Assembly (NCBI GenBank): GCA_039028615.1
Contig: JBCCHT010000013.1
Location: 96,001 to 160,000 of the forward strand
Reading direction: 5' to 3'
Length of the DNA: 64,000 bases
Source: Myxococcota bacterium
Lineage (GTDB): Bacteria > Myxococcota_A > Polyangia > Nannocystales > Nannocystaceae
The translations under genes and the position numbers were made by a program. The notes under the pieces are model-generated. The model was given only the letters and a program-made list of their open reading frames with translations. It was not told the origin of the DNA and made no database searches. Below are positions 1-9,889 of the stretch, piece by piece (positions within the stretch are counted from its first letter, which is position 1; each line of letters begins with the position of its first letter).

Positions 1-1
1 C

Positions 2-475
2 GCGCCGGCCATGGCCAAGATCGAGGAAGGTCGCGCGGCCGCAGCGGGTGGTTCGGGCACGGGGGGTAGCTCGGGCACCGACGGCGGCTCCGACGAGGGC
101 TCCTCGGACGACGGGTCCACGGGCGAGGCCGAGACGGGCGAAGCCGTTCCCGAAGAGGTCGAGCCGATCGAAGAAGAAGTCGCGCAGCCGGCCGAGCCGG
201 AGCCGACCGGTCGCAGTCGTCGACGTCGTCGTCGACGCCCGCGCCCGCGTCCGACTCCCGCCGGAGACGGTGGTGGAGACCCGCCGCCGCCCGCCGAGCC
301 GGCGGAGCCGACCAAGCCGGAGCCCGTGAAGCCCGAGCCGGTCAAGCCCGACCCGAAGCCGGAGCCCGCGAAGCCGGAACCGGTCAAGCCGGAGCCAGCC
401 AAGCCCGAGCCCAAGCCGGAGCCGGCCAAGCCCGATCCCAAGCCGAGCGTGCCCGAGCCGGGCGCGGGCGGCTGA
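2..475 (+). CDS. C-terminal part of a Pro/Glu/Lys-rich low-complexity protein (5' truncated by window)
   Basis: Frame open from window start to TGA at 475; acidic Gly/Ser linker, Arg run, then tandem KPEP(A/V) repeats. Confidence 0.7.
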   Translation, partial: APAMAKIEEGRAAAAGGSGTGGSSGTDGGSDEGSSDDGSTGEAETGEAVPEEVEPIEEEVAQPAEPEPTGRSRRRRRRRPRPRPTPAGDGGGDPPPPAEPAEPTKPEPVKPEPVKPDPKPEPAKPEPVKPEPAKPEPKPEPAKPDPKPSVPEPGAGG

Positions 476-599
476 ACTCGACCCGATCGGCAGCGGGGCC
501 TGCGGCGAGCGAGTCCTCGTCGTCGCGGTGTACGAAGCCCGCTCGTCAGCGTTCTGGCCCGTCACGGATGGCCCGCTGACGCGTTTCGTCCCGTGTCGG

Positions 600-1253
600 T
601 CAGGCGCCGATCGTCGCGGCGAGAATCAGCTGCGCGACGTAGTACAGCGGCAGGCCCCACAGGCGATTGCTGTACTCGCGCCGCACGAAGCGGTCTCGAG
701 CCACCGACAGGTCCGACAGATAGAACGCGACCGCTCCGATTGCGATCCACACGGTTCCGCCCTGCGCGGTCGCGGCCACGGCCAGCGCGACCATCACCGT
801 GATCACCATGATGTACGCGTCGACCGGCTTCCGCATCCCGCTGGGCACGTGCGGCGTGAGCCAGTGCCGGACCACGAGGGCCGGGGCGAGCAACGCCAGC
901 GCCGTGCCGAGAAACCACGCGGACGCAGTGCCGTGCACCCAAAAGGCGACCCCGAACGCGACATGTCCGAACAAGAACGCACCCAGCCCCGCCAGGAACC
1001 AGCCCTGACGTCGCGAGAGCAGGCAGACATCGCCGACCCACGACAGCACCAGGGCGCACAGCACCGCGGTCCCATACGCGCTGTCGAGCGCGTCCATCGA
1101 CAGCGCGGCCAGGATGAAGCCGGTGGAGGCGATCGGCTTGGCGATGCGAATCAGCGGGCCGTGCTCGCGAGCCTCGGCCCAGAGCACGACCGCGAGCGCG
1201 GCCATGGTGATGAGGCAGGGGAGCAGCATGGCCCCGGCATCAAAGCACGTCAC
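600..1253 (-). CDS. YhhN/lysoplasmalogenase-family membrane protein
   Basis: About 7 hydrophobic helices with family motifs KPIAS, GDVCLL, FLAGLGAFLFGH, FYLSD, LYYVAQ. Confidence 0.85.
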   Translation of the reverse strand: MTCFDAGAMLLPCLITMAALAVVLWAEAREHGPLIRIAKPIASTGFILAALSMDALDSAYGTAVLCALVLSWVGDVCLLSRRQGWFLAGLGAFLFGHVAFGVAFWVHGTASAWFLGTALALLAPALVVRHWLTPHVPSGMRKPVDAYIMVITVMVALAVAATAQGGTVWIAIGAVAFYLSDLSVARDRFVRREYSNRLWGLPLYYVAQLILAATIGA

Positions 1254-1269
1254 CGCCGCTCGTCGCGGG

Positions 1270-1461
1270 TCATTCCGCGTCTTTTTCGGTAGGCGCGGGC
1301 GCTTCGGCTCCGGCCTTCGCGGGGGCGGACGCAGCCGGCTTGGGAGACTTCGTTTCCGGGCTCGGCTCGGGCGCCGGAGTGCTGGTCGCCTGCCAGACGT
1401 AGTAGGCGATCAAGATGAACGCAGCGATGGCGGGCAGGACGTAGACCTTGGCGCGCTCCAT
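1270..1461 (-). CDS. Small single-TM hypothetical protein (63 aa)
   Basis: GGGAGG RBS-like sequence before ATG; N-terminal hydrophobic helix, Pro/Ala-rich tail; co-oriented with neighbours. Confidence 0.6.
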   Translation of the reverse strand: MERAKVYVLPAIAAFILIAYYVWQATSTPAPEPSPETKSPKPAASAPAKAGAEAPAPTEKDAE

Positions 1462-1564
1462 GGGCCTCCCGAAGATACCTCGCCCGACCGAGTCCTTCGA
1501 AACGACTCGACCCGAGCGATGATCGTCGCTCGGGTCGAAACGGGCGGGCCCGGGGCCCGTGCGG

Positions 1565-2896
1565 CTAGCCCTGCGGGCCCACCGAGTTGGCGAGGCCGAA
1601 GCCGGTCATGTCGGAGTAGGTGTAGGGGCTGTTGAGGCCCTCCACCGTGTCCACCGTGCCGGTCAGGGGGTCGACGCGATAGGCCCGGGTGTCTCGCGAG
1701 GCGCCCCAGACATAGCCCTCGAAGTCGATGCTCGTGCCGTGGATGCTGCTCGGGATCGGCCAGTTGTAGTCGAGGCCCATCGTGTTGAGGTTCACCCCGC
1801 GCACGTTGCTGGAGCCCGCGAGCCAGATGTGGGTCGCGTCGGCCATGCACCCGGTGGCGCTGCCGCCCGTGTTGCCCGTGCCTTGGGTGTCGAAGGTCCC
1901 CGTGGCGTAGTTGAAGCGCGCTACACCGCCGCCGCCACAGATCCACGCGCGGTCCATGTTGTCGACCGCCATGCCGTAGCCGGAGATCGGCATCGGCCAG
2001 ATCTCGTAGGCGGCGGGGTTGTCGATGGGCACTCGCACCAGGCGGCCGGTGCCGAGCTGCGAGAACCAGAAGTTGCCCTGGCTGTCGGAGGCGCCGCCGT
2101 AGGCCCCGAAGGAGTCGGCGTTGGTGCCGTTGACGGTGACCATGTCCACGACCATGCCAGTGTCGCCGTCGAGGCGCAGCACGTCGACGCTGGTGCCCCC
2201 GTTGTAGCCGGAGGTCCACACGTACTCCTGCTCCCACTGGCAGTTGGCCTCGTTGAACACGCCCGGGGTCCAGGCGATGGGCCGCTGCGAGTTGTAGGCG
2301 AGGTTGGTGGACCACGCCATGCAGCCGTCGGAGCCGAAGGGGTAGACGTCGCCGGGCCCGGTCGAGGTGTTGACCGGGTCGGGGCAGTCGTAGGCGTAGA
2401 ACTTGGTGATGCCGCCGGAGCGGTTGGCCACCGCCATGTGCCCAGAAAGCGCCACCGAGGTTCGCGACGGGTTACCGAAGGTGTCGCGCGTCTGGTAGCG
2501 GCCCTCTTCGACGAGGGTCTGGGTGTTGATCTTGGAAATCGTGCCCTCGGGGCTGTTGGCGATCCAGATGTACGAGAAGTCCTGGCCACCCACGCCCTGG
2601 CCGGCCCCGCCGCAGGGGAGCTCGCCGTCGGGCGGGCCCACGTCGAACTTGGGAAGGCCGCCGTCGTTGTCGTCGCCCGCCGAGCCGCCGTCGAGGGAGT
2701 CCTGCTCGGTCCCGCCCTGACTCTCGCCGTCGGTGTCGACGGCATCGGTGGCACCATCGTCGAGACCCGCGCTCTGAATGCCCCCGCCGTCTCCGCTACC
2801 GTCGCGGCCGTCGCCATCGCCTCCACAGGCGCTAAACAGGCCCAGGCTGAGTGCGGCACCAACGAGTGTTGCGGAAGAGGGGATACGATGGGACAT
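1565..2896 (-). CDS. Secreted lipoprotein with predicted beta-propeller (NHL/Vgb-like) domain
   Basis: GAGGAG RBS before ATG 2896; lipobox LFSA-C; Asp/Gly linker; blade-like motifs IWIANS..TISKINT, PSRTSV, AYGGASD..GNFW, GYGMAVD, C-terminal PYTYSDMTG. Confidence 0.75.
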   Translation of the reverse strand: MSHRIPSSATLVGAALSLGLFSACGGDGDGRDGSGDGGGIQSAGLDDGATDAVDTDGESQGGTEQDSLDGGSAGDDNDGGLPKFDVGPPDGELPCGGAGQGVGGQDFSYIWIANSPEGTISKINTQTLVEEGRYQTRDTFGNPSRTSVALSGHMAVANRSGGITKFYAYDCPDPVNTSTGPGDVYPFGSDGCMAWSTNLAYNSQRPIAWTPGVFNEANCQWEQEYVWTSGYNGGTSVDVLRLDGDTGMVVDMVTVNGTNADSFGAYGGASDSQGNFWFSQLGTGRLVRVPIDNPAAYEIWPMPISGYGMAVDNMDRAWICGGGGVARFNYATGTFDTQGTGNTGGSATGCMADATHIWLAGSSNVRGVNLNTMGLDYNWPIPSSIHGTSIDFEGYVWGASRDTRAYRVDPLTGTVDTVEGLNSPYTYSDMTGFGLANSVGPQG

Positions 2897-3072
2897 GGCG
2901 TGGGACTCCTCGAGGCAGGGGGGCGCGCTGCGCGTGCGCATAGACCGGGCCCGCTACCTTGGACACCGGAGACGGTGAGACTTCCGGTGCAAACGTGGGA
3001 AAATGTGGTGAAGTTTCACTCATGTCCCCGCGAAATGGCTCGCGGGGACTACGGGATGGCTCCAGCGTCGGA

Positions 3073-4488
3073 TCAGCTCTTGGCGTCCGCGTCTTCGCTT
3101 TCGGTATCGGGCGTAAGGAGCGTTTCTTTGATTGCGTCGAAGAACGCGCGCACGCCGAAGACCTCGCCGCCATTGGGTCGACCCGGACGGTTGCCGCTGT
3201 TCCAGCCCATCGTGTCGACGTGAGCCCAGCGCTGGCCGTCGGGGACGAACTCCTTGAGGAACAACGCGGCCGTGATCGCGCCGCCTTGGCTGACGCTGGC
3301 GATGTTGTTGATGTCGGCGATCCGGCTGTCGAGGTGGCGCCGATAGTCCTCGTGCAGGGGCATGCGCCACAAGGGATCGGTGCGCCGCTTGCCCGCGCCG
3401 AGCACTGCGTCGGCGAAGTCGTCGTCGGTGGAGAATAGGGCGGGCAGCTCGGTGCCCAGCGCGATCCGGGCCGCCCCGGTCAGGGTGGCGAAATCGATGA
3501 GCAGGTCGGGCTCCTCGGTGACCGCTTCGGCGATCGCGTCGCACATGATGAGCCGGCCTTCCGCGTCCGTATTGCCGACCTCGACCGTGATCCCGGCGCG
3601 GGTGGTGAGCACGTCGCCGGGCCGATAGGCGTTGCCCGCCACCGAGTTTTCCACGGTAGGGATGAGCACGCGCAGCCGCACGGGCAGGTTCGCGCCCATG
3701 ATCATGTGGGCGAGGGCGAGCACCGAGGCGGCGCCTCCCATGTCCTTTTTCATGAGCTTCATGCCGGTGGCGCTCTTGAGATCGAGGCCGCCGCTGTCGA
3801 AGCACACCCCCTTGCCGACCAGGGTCAGCTTGGGGGCCTCGGGATCGCCCCAGCGCAGGTCGGCGAGGCGAGGTCCGTTGGTCGCGGCGCGGCCGACCGC
3901 ATGAATCGTGGGGTAGCCCTCCTCGAGCAGGGCATCCCCCGCGATGACCGTGACCTCGGCGCCATGCTGCTCGCCCAAGGTCTCGACCGCGGCCGCGAGC
4001 TGCTCGGGGCCCAGGTCCGACGCGGGGGTGTTGATGAGATCTCGACCCAGGGCGATCGCTTCGTAGGTGCGCTCGACCGTCGCGCGATCACAATCGTCGG
4101 GGAACACCAGCTTCGGCGCGCTCTTGCTCGGGGCGTCGTAGTAGCGGGTGAAGCGGTAGCTCGACAGCGCCCACGCCAGCGCCGCGGTATCGGCCAGCTC
4201 GGGGGCGAGAGCGTCGTAGCGATAGCGGCCTTTGGGGAGTCGCTCTCGAACCCCGGCAAAGGTCCAGAACTTGGGCGTACGGCCCAGTCCGAGCACGGCG
4301 ACGGCGATCGAGCCATCGCGGGCAGGGATCAGCGCGAGCCTCCCCGTCTCTGCCTTGAAATCGGTGCTCTTGAGCCAGCCCTGGGTCAGTTTGGACTGTT
4401 TCTTCAGCCAGGCGCGATAGGCAGAGGTCGTCAGAGCGCGAATCGGGACCGTGCGCGCATTGGGTCGGGCGGCGAAGCAGTCGAGCAT
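3073..4488 (-). CDS. Leucyl aminopeptidase, peptidase M17 family (PepA/PepB-like)
   Basis: VGKGVCFDSGGLDLK, MKKDMGG, NTDAEGRL, ATLTGA metal-binding motifs. Confidence 0.95.
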   Translation of the reverse strand: MLDCFAARPNARTVPIRALTTSAYRAWLKKQSKLTQGWLKSTDFKAETGRLALIPARDGSIAVAVLGLGRTPKFWTFAGVRERLPKGRYRYDALAPELADTAALAWALSSYRFTRYYDAPSKSAPKLVFPDDCDRATVERTYEAIALGRDLINTPASDLGPEQLAAAVETLGEQHGAEVTVIAGDALLEEGYPTIHAVGRAATNGPRLADLRWGDPEAPKLTLVGKGVCFDSGGLDLKSATGMKLMKKDMGGAASVLALAHMIMGANLPVRLRVLIPTVENSVAGNAYRPGDVLTTRAGITVEVGNTDAEGRLIMCDAIAEAVTEEPDLLIDFATLTGAARIALGTELPALFSTDDDFADAVLGAGKRRTDPLWRMPLHEDYRRHLDSRIADINNIASVSQGGAITAALFLKEFVPDGQRWAHVDTMGWNSGNRPGRPNGGEVFGVRAFFDAIKETLLTPDTESEDADAKS

Positions 4489-4690
4489 GGAGCCAGACGC
4501 TACCGCGTTTCATGCGCTGCACCCAACGCCTTTGCACGGGGACTTGGCGGGGAAAAAGGGCCGTAACGCCGATTTGATGGCCGTGTCGGGTAGATCGTCA
4601 CCCTCGGTCGGGCCGCGGGGCGGCATGGTCGAGCGGATCGACTACGACCGCCATGAGCCGTGGCACTGGCACGATGGGGGGGCGGCGAGG

Positions 4691-5170
4691 TCATTGTCCG
4701 CAGTGGCAGGCCGCGTCGTATTGCTCTTCGGGGGGAATGCCCTCGGGGGGAGCATCGGCGAGCGAGACGGCGGGGCGGCACCCGAGCGAGGGCCCGATGT
4801 CGCGACACACGGCCTCGCACGGGTGTGTTTCCCAGCGCTGTTGGCCGTTGCACGCCAAGAGGGTCTGGTCGTCCTGGCACCGGAACTCCCCGGGGGTACA
4901 GGCGAAGGGCGCCGCATACTCGCAGTAGCAATCGGCGCTGCCGAAGATGTTCCGCTGACACCAGGCGCCCACGGCGAACTCCCATTTCACCCCGCACAGC
5001 TCACTGCAGGACGTTCGCTCCCACTTGCGGTCGACGCATCGCTGGATGCGGTCGTCGTCGAGGCAGCCCGCGAACTCCGTGTGGCAAGGGTCGCCTTCAC
5101 CCATCAGGTACGGCGCACGCGCTTGGTCGCACGCCACGAGGAGCAGCAGGGCCAGCGCGGACCGTCGCAT
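4691..5170 (-). CDS. Cys-rich lipoprotein (159 aa)
   Basis: ATG at 5170 overlaps upstream stop (TGATG); MRRSALALLLLVA-C lipobox; two Cys-rich repeats (C..D..xQRC...KWE..SC..LC / C.D..LxAC...RWE..PC..VC). Confidence 0.75.
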   Translation of the reverse strand: MRRSALALLLLVACDQARAPYLMGEGDPCHTEFAGCLDDDRIQRCVDRKWERTSCSELCGVKWEFAVGAWCQRNIFGSADCYCEYAAPFACTPGEFRCQDDQTLLACNGQQRWETHPCEAVCRDIGPSLGCRPAVSLADAPPEGIPPEEQYDAACHCGQ

Positions 5171-6237
5171 CAGTAGGGCCTCGCGATGGTGGTGGAGGTG
5201 GGACTCAGGTCGAGGTCGGCGGTGAAGGACTCTTGGTCGCCGACGTGCCGGACGCAAACCCAATGGGGCCCCGCCCGAAAGAAGACCTCGCGTTCGCCCG
5301 CCAGGAAGGAGTCGATCGGGATGCCCACTTGGGAGGTGACGGGTACGGCGTCGGGATCGGGCTCGAGAGGATCCTGGATGATGTCGGGGTTGCAGCGGGA
5401 GAAGAACCCGGGAAGCTCGGACTCGAGGAGATAGAGGCCTTCTTCCGGGATGTCGAAGCTTCGGCACGAAGAGAGTTGCTCGAAGCCGTACGAGAAGGTG
5501 TCGTCGGCGCTGCAGTCGAGGGTGATGGTCTCGTGCCAGCCATCCTCGCTCGGGTGCAAGGGCGCATGCGGGCAGGGGTCGATGCGGGGGTAGAACCACG
5601 GCGCCGTCTCGAGCCAGCGCTCCTCGGCGGTCAGGATCGACTCGCCGTACACCGCGGAAAAATCGGCGCCGTCGAGCAGCGACATGATTGCGGCCGGGCC
5701 GTGTTCTTCGAGGAGCCACCGGGTGAAGTGCCCGGCGACCGGGTAGCTGACGTTGGAGGATTGGAGACGACCGAGGTTTTCGCTCGGGAGGGATACCCGC
5801 CTCGGGAACCGTTCGGAGGACTCGAGGGCCTCGGCGATGCCTTCGGAGAAGAACGTGTCACCGCGAATCCGCTTGGCGTTCCAGGTCACCGCATGGACCA
5901 GCTCGTGGTTGATGGCGATGACGTTGGAGCTGATGCGGTGGCGCCCCGGCTGGTAGCACCCCGCGGCCGTGCCGGAGCATCCTTCCGGGTCGCCGAGGTA
6001 CAGGACCACGTCGACGGGGGAGCGCATCTGGAGGCCGAGCCGTTCCTCCACACGATCGACTTGGTTTTGCAGGAACTGCATGTCGCCCGCACAAAACCCC
6101 GCGTCGAAGTCGTCCGTGAGGGCGACGCGAACCTGCTCGGTCTCGTAGCGATACTCGGGCGCGCAGGCGACTCCGAGCACGCCGATGAGCGCCAGGGCGC
6201 AACGATGCCGATGGCTCGATGGGGACGTCGTGGCCAC
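5170..6237 (-). CDS. Lipoprotein with gluzincin-type metallopeptidase motif
   Basis: Lipobox LGVA-C; HELVH (HExxH) followed about 17 aa later by FSEGIAE. Confidence 0.7.
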   Translation of the reverse strand: MATTSPSSHRHRCALALIGVLGVACAPEYRYETEQVRVALTDDFDAGFCAGDMQFLQNQVDRVEERLGLQMRSPVDVVLYLGDPEGCSGTAAGCYQPGRHRISSNVIAINHELVHAVTWNAKRIRGDTFFSEGIAEALESSERFPRRVSLPSENLGRLQSSNVSYPVAGHFTRWLLEEHGPAAIMSLLDGADFSAVYGESILTAEERWLETAPWFYPRIDPCPHAPLHPSEDGWHETITLDCSADDTFSYGFEQLSSCRSFDIPEEGLYLLESELPGFFSRCNPDIIQDPLEPDPDAVPVTSQVGIPIDSFLAGEREVFFRAGPHWVCVRHVGDQESFTADLDLSPTSTTIARPY

Positions 6238-6368
6238 GATGAAGAACTGCCGGGGGGGCTGCTTCTTTTCATTAGCACCCGACCCTCGGGTTCATGGACG
6301 ACAATTCGACCGCCGTCGCGGCAATCGGTCACAACGTCGGGGCACTGGCCGCGAGGGCGCGACGCGAG

Positions 6369-7895
6369 TCAGTCGCGGGCCCGGTTGAGGGCCAGCCACA
6401 CCTTGCTCCACAGCTTGCGAGCCCCCCACGGCTTGCGCAGCACCGACAGCACGCCCATGCGCTCGAGCGCGGTGGTGTGCTCCGGTTCGACGCGGCTCGA
6501 GGACACGAGGATCTGAGCGTCGGGCACGAGCTGGCGGAGCAGGGGCACCACCGACTCGATGGAGGTGCCGGGCAGGTTGTCGCCCACCAAGACCACGTTG
6601 GGCATGGTGGTGGAGCTCTCGACGATCTCCGTGGCTTCGTCCGCATCGGCGGCGACCTCCACGTCCAGCCCGAAGCGTCGCAGCAATCGGCGGGCGGTGG
6701 AGCGCACCAGACCTTCTTCGTCGATGACCAGCACGGAGCCCGCCAGCTGGGTCAGCGAGGCCTCGGTGGCGGCGGGGACGGGGCGGCTGGGACGAACGGT
6801 GGGGAGGTAGACCGAGACGCAGGTGCCCTGATCGACCTCGCTGTCGATGGTGATCTCGCCCCCGTGGTCACGTACGACGCTCTGGGCCGTGCTGAGCCCG
6901 AGCCCGGTGCCCTCGCCCTCGGGCTTGGTGGAAAAGAACGGCTGGAACGCGCGCTCGGCCGTCTCGACGTCCATGCCGAGGCCGTTGTCTTCGAGGTCGA
7001 TGCGAAGGTAGCGGCCCGGACCCAGCCCCACGGGGAGGGGGTCGGAGTGCATGGCCGATTGCTGCGCGCGGATGATGAGCTGGCCCCCGCCCGGCATCGC
7101 CTGCCCGGCGTTGATCCCCGCGTTGAGCAGCACTTGCAGCAGCAACGCCGAGTCGCCCATGACGCTGAGGTCGACGTCGATCTCGCAGCGAATGTCGACC
7201 GTGCGGGGCAGGGTGCGCCGCAACAAGGCGGCCGCCTCGTCGACCAGGGCGGGGACGTCGACGGGCTCGAGCACGGCGTCGCGCTTGCGGGTGAACGACA
7301 ACAATTGCCGGGTCAGCTGCGCGGCCCGGCGGGCGGCGGTCTCGATTTCCGACAGGCACTCGTCGACGTCGTCGGGCGACCCGTCGCGCGCCTTGAGGTA
7401 GTCGACGTTGCCGAGGATCGCGAGCACGAGGTTGTTGAAGTCGTGCGCCACCCCGCCGGCCAGCTGCCCGAGCGCTTGCATCTTCTGGGCGCGGACGACC
7501 TGCTCTTCGTAGCGATCGTTGCGGGTGAACAACAAGATCGTGCCCGACCCCACCGCGATCTTGTCGCCCGACTGCAGCGGCGCCGCTTCGACGCGTTGGC
7601 CGTTGACGTAGGTCCCGTTGCGGCTGCCGAGGTCCTCGACGAGGTGGGTTCCGTCGGCTTGCCGAGACACCCGCATATGGCGTCGAGACACGCCCTCGTC
7701 CAGGATGAGTCCGCGTCCGTCGACGTCCCGGCCCACGATGACCCCATCGCCCACGACGACCCTACGGCCGGTGTCGGGGCCCACCAGGACCACGAGCAGG
7801 GCGGCGTTGTGGCGGCCGCTGCTCTGCCGCGTGTTCGCGGCTCGTCGTGCACCTGCGGAGGAGCGCTGCGTTGTTGTGTAGGGGTCTTGGCCCAT
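6369..7895 (-). CDS. FHA-domain hybrid histidine kinase with degenerate receiver domain
   Basis: FHA (VGR..VSRRH..DLGSRNGTYVNG), H-box AHDFNN, N-box QVLLNAGINA, DNGLGM, PFFSTK, GTGLGL; C-terminal REC-like domain. Confidence 0.9.
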   Translation of the reverse strand: MGQDPYTTTQRSSAGARRAANTRQSSGRHNAALLVVLVGPDTGRRVVVGDGVIVGRDVDGRGLILDEGVSRRHMRVSRQADGTHLVEDLGSRNGTYVNGQRVEAAPLQSGDKIAVGSGTILLFTRNDRYEEQVVRAQKMQALGQLAGGVAHDFNNLVLAILGNVDYLKARDGSPDDVDECLSEIETAARRAAQLTRQLLSFTRKRDAVLEPVDVPALVDEAAALLRRTLPRTVDIRCEIDVDLSVMGDSALLLQVLLNAGINAGQAMPGGGQLIIRAQQSAMHSDPLPVGLGPGRYLRIDLEDNGLGMDVETAERAFQPFFSTKPEGEGTGLGLSTAQSVVRDHGGEITIDSEVDQGTCVSVYLPTVRPSRPVPAATEASLTQLAGSVLVIDEEGLVRSTARRLLRRFGLDVEVAADADEATEIVESSTTMPNVVLVGDNLPGTSIESVVPLLRQLVPDAQILVSSSRVEPEHTTALERMGVLSVLRKPWGARKLWSKVWLALNRARD

Positions 7896-8111
7896 CCGTC
7901 GCGACGCGTCTGCGCCTCAAATCAGGGTAGCACCATCGGGCCCTAGACCCCCCGGTCTAGGCCCGGTTTCAGGCACGGTGGGGTGGGGCAGTAGGGGCAG
8001 TGTCGGCGTGCGTCCGACAGGCTCGTGGAACGATTCGGAAGCGCATCGTGAAATCGAGATCGCAGTCCAGACAAGGCGCGGCGCTCGTCCCTTGGTATCG
8101 TCGGGCGTACG

Positions 8112-8921
8112 ATGACAAGATCGTCCCATCCCGTGACCCCGGAGCGTGTCTGGGTGCGCGCACCCACGAAGGCGTATGCACGGTGTCTTCGCTCTCATGG
8201 TGGAGGTGATCCGGATCCACGCGCAGCCGTCGTCCAGCACCAAGGCTATGTTGCGGCGCTGCATGACGCGGGGATCGACGTCGAGGTCGTGCCGCCGGCC
8301 GAACCGCTCCCGGATGCTTGTTTCGTGGAGGATGGTGCCGTTGTGCTCGGCGACCGGGTCGTGATGACCCGGCCCGGTGCGCAGGCTCGTCGGGCCGAGC
8401 TTCCGAGCTTGGAAACCGCGTTGGCGGGGCATCTCGCCGTGCAGCACCTCGAGGCCCCAGGCACCCTCGATGGCGGCGACGTGATGCGCATGGGGGACCG
8501 GTTATTCGTCGGTCGTTCGGCGCGTACCAATGACACTGGTATCGAGCAACTGCGGGCGCTGGCGTCCGAGGTCGGGCTCGAAGTGGTGCCGGTCGCCGTG
8601 CCGGATGCATCCCTTCACCTCAAGTCCGTGTGCTCCGCCCTCGACGATCGGCGCGTCGTGGTCGACGCCACCGCCTTGCCGCCCGCGGTGCTCAGTGATC
8701 TGGGTCTCACCGTGCACGAGGTTCCAGAGCCGGCCGGCGCCAATGTGCTGTGCTTCGGCGATCGGGTCCTCGTCTCCGCTGACGCTCCCCGCACGGCCGC
8801 CTGGTTGTGCGCCGAAGGTTTCACGGTGGTCGAGGTTCCGCTCGGTGAGTTCCACCGCGGTGACGGTGCACTCAGCTGCTTGTCGCTTCGGCTGCCACCG
8901 CCGGGCCAGTGGTCGGTGTAA
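8112..8921 (+). CDS. Dimethylarginine dimethylaminohydrolase (amidinotransferase superfamily)
   Basis: QHQGY, PDACFVED, LDGGDV, RTN, LHLKS, C-terminal GALSCLS with catalytic Cys. Confidence 0.9.
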   Translation: MTRSSHPVTPERVWVRAPTKAYARCLRSHGGGDPDPRAAVVQHQGYVAALHDAGIDVEVVPPAEPLPDACFVEDGAVVLGDRVVMTRPGAQARRAELPSLETALAGHLAVQHLEAPGTLDGGDVMRMGDRLFVGRSARTNDTGIEQLRALASEVGLEVVPVAVPDASLHLKSVCSALDDRRVVVDATALPPAVLSDLGLTVHEVPEPAGANVLCFGDRVLVSADAPRTAAWLCAEGFTVVEVPLGEFHRGDGALSCLSLRLPPPGQWSV

Positions 8922-9158
8922 CTCCACGGCCCACCTGGAGTCGCGAATCGCCACGGCGGTCGGGCGACTTGCCTGACTGGGGCGAAGAGCCCCGGTGAAC
9001 TACGGGACAAAGTGAAGCCTCGGGGTGGGGACGCGTTCGGTCACGTCGGCCTCCAAACGCCGCTCGGCGACGTCTGACGTGGGCTTGGGCGGCTACCACT
9101 CCGCACTGTTACCCACATCACCCTCCTTCGGCACGGAGCTTGCGAGGGCAGGGGGGCG

Positions 9159-9878
9159 ATGGAGTCGATGATCAACGAGGACGCCGACACGCTACGGATC
9201 CCCCGCAAGTGGATGCGCTCGGCGCTCGCTGCTGCGGCCGAGGTCGAGATCTCCTCCGAGCCGCTGCGCGGACCGGACCGACGCCTCGGGCCGACGGGGC
9301 AGGCGCTGGACCTGCTCGACTGCATCGACGACAGCTTTGCCTGGGCCGAGAAGGCACTGCAGGGCGCCGAGGCGCTCATCGAGGCTCTGCCCGCCCGCGC
9401 CGCCGAGGTCGGTTGGTCCACGACGCAGCTCCGCACTGTGGCCGCCCTGTGCCTCGAGGAGCTCGGCTCGACCTTCGATCCCTACGCGATGGTCCCCGAA
9501 CGCGGCCACCGCCTGGTGCACGAGCTGTTCACGTTGGGCGACACGCTGCGATCGGTGCGCTCGCGCTCGCGCTCCGCCGGCAAGCACGTGCTGCGCTTGG
9601 CCCTGCAGGCCCCCGGCGTCGTGGCGCGAGCTCGTCGGGCGGTCGAGCTCAGCCATGCGGATGACGCCAGCTCCACCCTGGCCTGGCTGCAGGGATTGCC
9701 GTCGCGTGCCAAGGACTCGGCGTACGCGGTGCGTCTGCGCTTGTCCGCGTTGCCGGCTCGGGCCGAGGCGCTCCGGCAGCGGCTGCAAGACCTCAGCGTC
9801 GAGTCGTCCATCGACCTGCCGGCCCGGCGTCGAGCGGGAGCCAAGACGGTCGAGATCGAGGTGGTCTCCGAGGACTAG
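9159..9878 (+). CDS. Hypothetical helical protein (239 aa)
   Basis: Coding-like codon usage, G-rich RBS-like sequence; no recognised motif. Confidence 0.6.
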   Translation: MESMINEDADTLRIPRKWMRSALAAAAEVEISSEPLRGPDRRLGPTGQALDLLDCIDDSFAWAEKALQGAEALIEALPARAAEVGWSTTQLRTVAALCLEELGSTFDPYAMVPERGHRLVHELFTLGDTLRSVRSRSRSAGKHVLRLALQAPGVVARARRAVELSHADDASSTLAWLQGLPSRAKDSAYAVRLRLSALPARAEALRQRLQDLSVESSIDLPARRRAGAKTVEIEVVSED

Positions 9879-9889
9879 CGACGCTCGCG

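Noticed and set aside
310..440. Tandem 15-nt-like repeats as a CRISPR array or VNTR
   Set aside because: In-frame KPEP(A/V) coding repeats with synonymous variation; no spacers, no cas genes
8922..9158. Structured RNA in the DDAH downstream intergenic region
   Set aside because: Only short GC-rich hairpins, no recognisable aptamer or terminator; not distinguishable from background
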